A stretch of 64,000 nt of DNA. Origin: Myxococcota bacterium (GTDB lineage Bacteria > Myxococcota_A > SURF-8 > G963663525). Shown piece after piece: positions 8,795 to 16,062 of the stretch. The notes below the pieces were generated by a model, which worked only from the letters and a program-made list of their open reading frames with translations, had not been told where the DNA came from and did not search any database. The position numbers and the translations under genes are program-made. The stretch is taken from positions 22,452 through 86,451 of the forward strand of contig CAXXVK010000054.1 of NCBI GenBank assembly GCA_963676915.2, read 5' to 3'. The number at the start of each line of letters is the position of its first letter. The stretch's first letter is position 1.

Positions 8795-11146
8795 TTAGTA
8801 GAAGATTTCCACATTGGCCAGCATGTTGAAACCGGGTGCCCAGACTCCGGAAGCATGGTATTTGTATTTGGCGTCGAACAGGTTCTCAAACGCCAATCCA
8901 AGACGGATGAAGTCATTCGCTACCAGTCCCGTTCGTACGTTGAGTGTCCACCATGCCGGGGTGCCTCCCTCGGGGATACGGTTGTCGGTTTTGTCTTTGG
9001 GAGAAAGTCGATCTTGCTTGGCTGCTCCGCGTAGGTAGGTTTCGGCGAAGAATTTGTAATCCTTCACGTTTTCCATGTCGTAGCGTAACGTGAATTGTCC
9101 GAAAAGCGGTGGAATTTTGCTTAGCGGTTCGTAGCCACCGTCCACTTTTTCGCGACCGTAGGTATACGTGAAGTGACCGTTGACCGACACTCCCCAGCCG
9201 ATGTCGTACGAGGCTTCGCCTTCCACACCGATTAACTCGCCCTGGTCACCGTTGACGTTATGTCGTACGGGTAGCGAGTCGATTTCTTCCAAACCGTTGT
9301 AGGTGGTGTTTTCGCGCTTGATGATGTCTCGCAGCAGCGTGTAATACCCCGACAGGCTTGCACGAAAACCGTAGCCCTGGTAACGGGCCAGCAACTCGAA
9401 GGTGTCGGCGATTTCCGGGCTAAGTCCATTGTTGGGGATGTGGTAGTCGTCGCCGGTGTTGCCCAGCATTCCGGCTTCTTGCATGTTCGGAGAGCGGAAC
9501 CCTTGGGAATACGTGAACGCGGTTGTGACCATGTCTTTGTAATAGTATTGGATTCCTCCCTGAAATACGACGCCCAAATGCGAAAAATCGGCTTCGATGG
9601 TTCCCGCTCTTTCTTGAGCCGGGGCGTAGGCCATCGTACCGTGAAGACGGCTACCGCCGGAAAGTTTCAGGGCGTGACCACCCGATGTGATCAGCGGTTC
9701 GCCTTCCATCATCAGGAACAAACCGTAGAGATCGTAGCTTGAATCGTCTGGGAAGTTCTGGGCGGCGAGTTTGTCCCAGGGAAGAACGGCGAAGGCTTTT
9801 TCGTACCGATCCGCCGAAATGTTGTCATGATACCACATGCCACCGTAACGGAAACGCATGCGGTCTTTAAGAATCCGCGTTGTCATTTGCAGGTCTGCGC
9901 CGAAGGTGTTGACAGTCGTTTCGTCTTTGGTGGCGGAAATGATGCTTTTCAGATCTTCTTCGACCTTCTTGGTAATTTTACGCTCGAAAAAGTTCTGGAA
10001 GGATAGTGTCAGCGCCCCCGAAGTATTGATCGGTGCGAAGATCATGTTCAGGCGTGCGTACACAAGGTTGTCGTCGTTGTCGTAGACCTGTCCTTGCGGA
10101 GGGTTGCGGTCGAGTTTGTCGGCGCGTCCGACGTCCTTCATGGAAGCCAGCAGGTAGCCGACTTTCACCGACCAGTCCTCGAAAAAGCCTTCGGAAAAAC
10201 GGTACACGAAAGAACCGTTCGCGCTCCATTGGTCGTAGGCGCTGTAGGGCTGACGTCCCACGCTGCCGCCGCCGTCGAGATTTGCAAAAGTCTTGTAGGT
10301 GACACCGCCGAGCATGCTGAAGCCATCGTAACCGGCATCGAAATGGGTATGGTACGTCATGCCACGATCTGCCAGACTGGAACGCATTCCACCGAAAGCT
10401 CCTCCATCGAAGCCTGGGGACGCACGAAAATCACGCGGGGTCAACGGAAAAACCTGGATTACGCCGCCGACCGCATCCGAGCCGTACAGCACCGATCCCG
10501 GACCACGCAGGGTTTCGACGCGCTCGATGGCGTAGGGGTCGAGCAGGTTGAAATATTGCAACGGCCCGGTGCGGTAGACGGAGTTGTTCAACCGAACGCC
10601 ATCGGCCATGATCAGCACTTGCGGACCTACCAGACCGCGAATGATCGGCGAACCTCCACCGTAGTTGGTTTCCTGCACGAAAGTACCCGGAGATTCATAC
10701 AGCGCTTCGGGAGTCGTGCGAGGGGATTGTTCGCGCAGGTTGCGATAGGTCGTGACGGATACGGAGCGATTGGAGCGAAAGCGGTCTTCGCGGTCCCGGT
10801 TGGCTGTGACCACCACTTCGTCAGGATCGACGGGTGTTTTCTCCGATTCAGCGCTTTTTGGGGGTTCTGGAGGTGTTTTCTCTTTTTTTACCGGTTCTTC
10901 TTTGGGTTTCATTTCCACGACAGGTTCTACAACCGGCGGTTTGTCTTCAGGTTTCGTTTCCGTTTCAGCCGGAGCAGGAGAGGGAGTTTCGGCTTTTTCC
11001 GCATCTTTTTTATCCAGATCGTCGAGGAGGCTATTCACCAAATCGGCGGTTGGATCGGGGGCGTTTGCGGCGTCCTGAGCCGAAGCGGGCATAGAAATCA
11101 GAAAAAGTGCAAAAACTACCCATAGAGCGTTCAATTTCCCAGGCAT
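8795..11146 (-). CDS. TonB-dependent receptor
   Basis: Signal peptide; TonB box EVVVTA; plug motifs IRG...DGV and IERVETLRGPGSVLYGSDAVGGVI; ENLFD; aromatic C-terminus EIFY. Confidence 0.92.
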   Translation of the reverse strand: MPGKLNALWVVFALFLISMPASAQDAANAPDPTADLVNSLLDDLDKKDAEKAETPSPAPAETETKPEDKPPVVEPVVEMKPKEEPVKKEKTPPEPPKSAESEKTPVDPDEVVVTANRDREDRFRSNRSVSVTTYRNLREQSPRTTPEALYESPGTFVQETNYGGGSPIIRGLVGPQVLIMADGVRLNNSVYRTGPLQYFNLLDPYAIERVETLRGPGSVLYGSDAVGGVIQVFPLTPRDFRASPGFDGGAFGGMRSSLADRGMTYHTHFDAGYDGFSMLGGVTYKTFANLDGGGSVGRQPYSAYDQWSANGSFVYRFSEGFFEDWSVKVGYLLASMKDVGRADKLDRNPPQGQVYDNDDNLVYARLNMIFAPINTSGALTLSFQNFFERKITKKVEEDLKSIISATKDETTVNTFGADLQMTTRILKDRMRFRYGGMWYHDNISADRYEKAFAVLPWDKLAAQNFPDDSSYDLYGLFLMMEGEPLITSGGHALKLSGGSRLHGTMAYAPAQERAGTIEADFSHLGVVFQGGIQYYYKDMVTTAFTYSQGFRSPNMQEAGMLGNTGDDYHIPNNGLSPEIADTFELLARYQGYGFRASLSGYYTLLRDIIKRENTTYNGLEEIDSLPVRHNVNGDQGELIGVEGEASYDIGWGVSVNGHFTYTYGREKVDGGYEPLSKIPPLFGQFTLRYDMENVKDYKFFAETYLRGAAKQDRLSPKDKTDNRIPEGGTPAWWTLNVRTGLVANDFIRLGLAFENLFDAKYKYHASGVWAPGFNMLANVEIFY

Positions 11147-11368
11147 GCTTCTTCTCCCGTCTTTGGTAGGAAACGAGTCGACAAATTTTATTGTGGTCAC
11201 ACGGTGTCGTTGTTACACTCGTATCAAATAGGGCGTTTTTTTTCAACTTTTTCAACATGAATTTCGTGTTAATGAAGGGATCGATATCGTCAATAAGTGA
11301 AATATTACAGTATGTTACAGGTTGAAATCGGCTTAAGGGCGGAAGCTGAGGTTTTTACTTCGCTTTTC

Positions 11369-11396
11369 TTGCCTTTTGCCGATAGATCCTTATAAT
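11369..11396 (+). promoter_or_regulatory. Putative sigma70 promoter for the dksA-like gene, tRNA and efp
   Basis: TTGCCT-16 nt-TATAAT. Confidence 0.5.
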
Positions 11397-11451
11397 AACC
11401 GCCTCGTTACACGATTGGTGGCAACAAAGGCACGACACGGGAGGTTTCTCC

Positions 11452-11826
11452 ATGGGCCTATCGAAAAAAGACCTCAAAGCCTTTCTGGAACGTCTGGAAG
11501 CCAAGAGAAGCGAAGTTCAACAAAACATCGACGACCGCAAGCGAAAAGGTCTTCGCGAAGCCAATAACGAAGTCGTTGTAGAAGAACTCGATCAGGCGGC
11601 CAAAGCCTCCGAACAAGCCCTTCAAATGCGTCTGTTGGATAAAGAAATGAAGCTTTTGCGTGAAATCGATCACGCCATTGCAAAGTTCGCCGACGGTACG
11701 TATGGCATCTGTGAAGGCACGGGAGATTGGATCGAACGCAAGCGTTTGGCCATTCGTCCATGGACCCGATATTCCATCGAACATAAAAATGAACTAGAAA
11801 AGCGAAAAAAAGCTTCAAAGTTCTGA
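11452..11826 (+). CDS. dksA: DksA/TraR family transcription factor (one-Cys variant)
   Basis: Coiled coil with acidic tip EELDQA; GTYGICEGTGDWIERKRLAIRPW; GGAGG RBS. Confidence 0.8.
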   Translation: MGLSKKDLKAFLERLEAKRSEVQQNIDDRKRKGLREANNEVVVEELDQAAKASEQALQMRLLDKEMKLLREIDHAIAKFADGTYGICEGTGDWIERKRLAIRPWTRYSIEHKNELEKRKKASKF

Positions 11827-11860
11827 CGATTGCCACTATAGTACGTCACGAATTCAGCCT

Positions 11861-11950
11861 GGAGTGGTGACCGAGTGGCTGAAGGTGCTCGCCTGCTAAG
11901 CGAGTGTGGGTTGACGCCCACCGAGGGTTCGAATCCCTCCCACTCCGCCA
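11861..11950 (+). tRNA. tRNA-Ser(GCT)
   Basis: Acceptor stem GGAGTGG/CCACTCC with GCCA end; anticodon arm CTCGC-CT GCT AA-GCGAG; long variable arm; GGTTCGAATCC T-loop. Confidence 0.97.
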
Positions 11951-11959
11951 GTTTTTTCT

Positions 11960-11985
11960 AGGCCGCTTTTTTGGGCGGCCTTTTT
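11960..11985 (+). terminator. Intrinsic terminator after tRNA-Ser
   Basis: AGGCCGC...GCGGCCT stem followed by a T-run. Confidence 0.7.
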
Positions 11986-12005
11986 CATGTCTTGAAGAGG
12001 AAACC

Positions 12006-12572
12006 ATGCTTACGACCTCGGATTTCAAAAAAGGTGTTCAATTCGAATGGGAAGGCGAACCTTATGTCATTCTCGACGTGGACACCAAAACTCCTGCGGC
12101 GCGGGGGGCGCAGACCATCGTAAGTATCAAGGCACGCAACCTGATTTCCGGGCAGTTTTTGCAAAAAACCTGGAAAGCGGGAGAGAAATTCAAAGAACCC
12201 GACCTCGAACACCGCAAAGTTCAATATTTGTACCGGGATAGCGACGGCTTCGTTTTCATGGACATGGAAACCTACGACCAGTTCACGTTGGATGTCGAAT
12301 TTCTTGAGAACGAAATTCCCTACCTGGTCGAGAACCAGGAACTCACGTCGTTGATTTTCAACGAAAAAGTCGCTGGCGTGGAGTTGCCGCAGTTCGTGAC
12401 TCTCGAAGTTACCGATGTGGTTCCGGGTACCAAAGGCGATACCGCAACCGGTCAGGTTACCACCCCCGCCACCACGACCAACGGCCTTGTGGTCAACGTG
12501 CCGTTGTATATCAAAGTGGGCGACAGCATCCGCGTGGATACCCGAACGGGGGACTTCAAGGACCGCGCCTGA
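12006..12572 (+). CDS. Elongation factor P family protein (EfpL/YeiP-type loop)
   Basis: EF-P motifs QYLY, FMDMETYDQ, PGTKGDTA and VPLYIKVGDSIRVDTRTG; loop TPAARGA; GAGG RBS. Confidence 0.92.
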   Translation: MLTTSDFKKGVQFEWEGEPYVILDVDTKTPAARGAQTIVSIKARNLISGQFLQKTWKAGEKFKEPDLEHRKVQYLYRDSDGFVFMDMETYDQFTLDVEFLENEIPYLVENQELTSLIFNEKVAGVELPQFVTLEVTDVVPGTKGDTATGQVTTPATTTNGLVVNVPLYIKVGDSIRVDTRTGDFKDRA

Positions 12573-12906
12573 ATTTTAACTACAACCTGTCATTTCCAAT
12601 TCCACTCGAAAATGGTCTTCGTTGGCGATTAATTTCGTCCAATGGGGAATAATATTTTATTCAGATCTGTTGATAAAGCAGTAAGCAACATGCTTACCTG
12701 TGTTTGTCGGAGATTTCTGTATGTGGTGTTGTTCGATCTGTGAAATTGAAATTTCGTTGATCCGTACGACTCAAAATTTGAACAAATATATGGTGGAAAA
12801 AAACGAATTCGAAAGGATGCTTCAGATGTTTTTTTAGGATTAAATACTAAGAATAAACACAAAGTGAATAGAAAACTTCCATTAATAAAATAACATGATA
12901 AAAAAT

Positions 12907-12936
12907 TTGACACACTATGACAGTTTGTCGTAAAAT
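12907..12936 (+). promoter_or_regulatory. Putative sigma70 promoter
   Basis: TTGACA-18 nt-TAAAAT with AT-rich upstream DNA. Confidence 0.6.
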
Positions 12937-13007
12937 GTAATTGTGTGATGGTTTGAAAGAATGGTTGGAAAATGCTCATTCTCAAAGTGGGGCGAAAAGA
13001 GGTAGCC

Positions 13008-13304
13008 ATGGGGGACAAGCGCTACAAAGTCAATTGTTGGGAGTATCTCAAGTGCGGAAGAGAGCCAGGGGGAACGGCTGTCGACACATTAGGGGTGTGT
13101 CCGGTTCCGATTGCTCGGGAACTCCATTCTATCAACGAAGGGCGCAACGGGGGACGCGTTTGCTGGTCGGTCCAAGGGACAGATTGTCATGGATCGACCA
13201 AGAGCAATTGCAGCGCCCATTTCTGCATTCTCTGTCCATTTTTCAAAAAGGTGAAGGCGGAGCAGGAACAGGAAGGAGAATTTCAACTGATTCCGCTACA
13301 ATGA
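13008..13304 (+). CDS. Stand-alone two-CW domain protein
   Basis: NCWEYLKCGREPGG...CPV...NGGRVCW...CxxCPFF; GAGG RBS. Confidence 0.8.
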   Translation: MGDKRYKVNCWEYLKCGREPGGTAVDTLGVCPVPIARELHSINEGRNGGRVCWSVQGTDCHGSTKSNCSAHFCILCPFFKKVKAEQEQEGEFQLIPLQ

Positions 13305-13332
13305 CCCTAATGTTCAGGGAGTGAAAAGCGTT

Positions 13333-14532
13333 TCAGGGTGTACCCGCCAGTTTACGGCTTCGGTTGTGCAAGGTCATGTGACCTCGCTGAATTCCTTCCG
13401 TTGCCAACGCTCGTAACGCTGCGAAATTGTTTGCCAATCCTGCCGTGGCGGCGGCAATGGCAAGCTCTTCGGCGCTTTTGGTGTCGAGAATTTTAAGTGC
13501 GAGTCGTGCCGTGGGGTGGATTTTCGTTGCTCCACCGACAATTCCTACGGCCATGGGGATCGTCATTGATCCTTTCAAGGCTTTATCCGGGGTGGTTTCC
13601 CATACAGACAATGAACGATACTGACCGTTTCGCGCGGCATAAGCATGTGCGCCCGCCTCTACGGCGCGCCAGTCATTGCCTGTGGCTAGCAATACGGCAT
13701 CGATGCCGTTCATAATTCCTTTATTATGGGTCGCTGCACGGTATGGATCGAGCCAGGCAAAGCGGGTGGCTGAAACGATACGGTCGCGGATTTCTTCGGC
13801 TGAAAAGTCTTCGGATTTCAAGGCATTTAGAGGTATTTTGGCTTCAACCGTCACCGTGCGCTGGTCGGCGAGATTCGAAAGAATTCTTAGATTGGGGGAT
13901 ACGGGGAGGCGTTCTTCCCAGACTTCCGCCAGACGTTCGGCCATGGTGTTGATGGCGTTGGCACCCATGGCGTCGCAGACTTCAACGACCAAATGCACTA
14001 CGAGAAACACCGAGCCGTCGAGATCGTCTTCTATACGGCGAACGCTCATATCCACGGCTCCGCCTCCGACAGAGACCAGTCCGGGATCGGCCTCGTTCGC
14101 AATGGCAAGCCATTCCTCTTTGTTTTCAAGAAGTTTTAGACGCACGGCTTCGGGATCATCCGTGAGAAGCTGAATTTGTCCGATCATTCGAGAGCCGCTA
14201 TACGTGGCCGAAAAACCTCCACCTTGACGAATCAGGCGGGCCGCGTTGGCGCAGGCGGCTACGACGGATGGTTCCTCGATCACCATCGGGATCAGGTATT
14301 CACGATTGTTGATCAGAAAATTTGGGGCGACGGAGAAGGGCAGGGCGTAGCGCCCGAGTACGTTTTCGACCAGTTCTTCGGCGTGGGTCGAACTCAAGCC
14401 GCCGGAATCCAGCAGATTTTCCAACTCGTAAGCGTCTTCTTGAACCCAATGAGCGACATCGTTGATGCGACCTTCACGACCGATACGATGCCATCCGCTT
14501 TTTCGCGACGTACGTTTTATTTTCAGAGTCAT
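13333..14532 (-). CDS. mvaA: Hydroxymethylglutaryl-CoA reductase, class II
   Basis: ENVLG, EEPSVVAA, DAMGAN, RAATHNKGIMNGIDAV, GNDWRAVEAG and EGIQRGHM motifs. Confidence 0.93.
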   Translation of the reverse strand: MTLKIKRTSRKSGWHRIGREGRINDVAHWVQEDAYELENLLDSGGLSSTHAEELVENVLGRYALPFSVAPNFLINNREYLIPMVIEEPSVVAACANAARLIRQGGGFSATYSGSRMIGQIQLLTDDPEAVRLKLLENKEEWLAIANEADPGLVSVGGGAVDMSVRRIEDDLDGSVFLVVHLVVEVCDAMGANAINTMAERLAEVWEERLPVSPNLRILSNLADQRTVTVEAKIPLNALKSEDFSAEEIRDRIVSATRFAWLDPYRAATHNKGIMNGIDAVLLATGNDWRAVEAGAHAYAARNGQYRSLSVWETTPDKALKGSMTIPMAVGIVGGATKIHPTARLALKILDTKSAEELAIAAATAGLANNFAALRALATEGIQRGHMTLHNRSRKLAGTP

Positions 14533-14633
14533 TTCAAGCGCCTTCCACTCGAAGAATTCAGGTCTGTGCAAGTGGAAGGAAGTCTAACGGATGTTACGGA
14601 TTTAATCTAGCTCGAAAGTGGTTTCTTGCGAAG

Positions 14634-15857
14634 TCAGACCACCGAATACCCGGCTTGACGAATCGCAGCTGCGAGTTTGTCGCTGTCGAGGTTGTCTCCG
14701 GCGATAGATACTTGTCCGGTTTCGAGATCCGGCGAAGCCTCTTTGACTTCTTCGAACGATTCAAGAACTTTTTTCACATTGGCCACACAATGGGGGCAAC
14801 TCATTCCTTTGACATTCAGTACGAGATCCATATCTTCTACCTTCCCAGGGGACGCCGCGAATTTTCCGACAACGCGTCTACCCAGCAAAAAAGCCAACAA
14901 AATCAGTAACACAACGGCACTTAACACCGAGAGCCATCCGGTTTCTTGGTGCATATGCGCCGCATGGGCTGTTCCAGTACCTAAAACGAAGTCGAACGCC
15001 AGTCCGAATCCAATGCTGAAAACCGCCACAACGCCAAGATATACGGCCAATAGACGAGCACCGAATCCACGGTACACGGCTCCCAAGGTTGCCAGGTTGC
15101 TTGCGGGACCGGCCATCAGAAAAACAAGCGCTGTGCCTAGTGGCATCCCGGCGGCTATCAACGAAGCCGCGATAGGTACCGAGCCAGTGCTACACACGTA
15201 TAAGGGTAAGGAAATCAACAACATAAGGAGCATTCCGCCGATGCCTTGTGTCCACTCCTGCTGAAAGAAAAATCCCTCGGGAGCCGCTACCGAAATCGCC
15301 GCCGCTGCCAGGACGCCGATGACGATCCAGCCATCGAGCATAGCCAGCAAATCGAAAATCGCATAATCGAATACGGCCAACAGGCGGTTCGATGGTTTTT
15401 CTTCCGTCGGAACTTGGACCATCGGCAAAAATACCGGCTCCTCAGGATCGTTTTTCGACACCACGTTCGCCAGCAACCCGCCGACAACGCCCGTAACGAA
15501 GGCTGCACCGACTTTAAACAAAGCGAAGGGCCAGCCTAAAAACGATGCACTGACGAGAATCGAATCCACCCCCGTTTGTGGGGTGCTGATGAGAAAGCCC
15601 GTAGCCGCTCCTTTCGAAGCGCCTTCGTTTTTCAGTCCGATCGCTGTCGGTACCACACCACAGGAGCACAATGGCATCGGCACGCCGACCAGCACGGCAC
15701 GTACGACGCTTTTCCAATTTTTCCCGTTCAATTGCCGACGAATCAGATTTTTCGGCAAAAAGACGTGAAGCACTCCGGCAACGACAAGACCCAACAGCAA
15801 CGAGGGACTCAGGTCCAACATTATCCGCCACAGTTCAATGAAAAAGCGCTCAACCAT
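14634..15857 (-). CDS. DUF318 permease fused to a C-terminal HMA domain (SO_0444-like Cu/Zn efflux transporter)
   Basis: PLCSCGVVP, STPQTGVDS and YVCSTGSVP motifs; HAAHMH loop; C-terminal GMSCPHC. Confidence 0.88.
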   Translation of the reverse strand: MVERFFIELWRIMLDLSPSLLLGLVVAGVLHVFLPKNLIRRQLNGKNWKSVVRAVLVGVPMPLCSCGVVPTAIGLKNEGASKGAATGFLISTPQTGVDSILVSASFLGWPFALFKVGAAFVTGVVGGLLANVVSKNDPEEPVFLPMVQVPTEEKPSNRLLAVFDYAIFDLLAMLDGWIVIGVLAAAAISVAAPEGFFFQQEWTQGIGGMLLMLLISLPLYVCSTGSVPIAASLIAAGMPLGTALVFLMAGPASNLATLGAVYRGFGARLLAVYLGVVAVFSIGFGLAFDFVLGTGTAHAAHMHQETGWLSVLSAVVLLILLAFLLGRRVVGKFAASPGKVEDMDLVLNVKGMSCPHCVANVKKVLESFEEVKEASPDLETGQVSIAGDNLDSDKLAAAIRQAGYSVV

Positions 15858-15870
15858 AGGTATCTTCCAA

Positions 15871-15896
15871 GAAATATGAACAACTCTACTAACGTT
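15871..15896. promoter_or_regulatory. Degenerate ArsR/SmtB-type operator upstream of the metal permease
   Basis: GAAATATGAACA-AC-TCTACTAACGTT: the left half matches the SmtB/CzrA ATATGAACA half-site, the right half is degenerate. Confidence 0.45.
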
Positions 15897-16062
15897 CTGG
15901 ACAATAAAATAACAAGTTTTACGTGTTCGTTCAAGGGGGTAAGCGGAAGTTTCCTTGGTTTTTTATCGGGAAAATGGATTGGTTCGTGAACGAGTGGAGA
16001 GTGCGGTATTCACTGAGACTGCAGAAGACAGGGAGCAATTTGTATGAGAAAAAGAAAAACCC

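Noticed and set aside
10094-11125. 343-aa ORF antisense to the TonB receptor
   Set aside because: Shadow ORF with no RBS or domain signal
11861-12600. tRNA-Ser as an integration site for a genomic island
   Set aside because: No integrase and no duplicated tRNA 3' end seen in the window
12629-13018. 129-aa minus-strand ORF in AT-rich DNA
   Set aside because: Phe/Ser-rich composition typical of non-coding AT-rich sequence, and it overlaps the promoter and start of the two-CW gene
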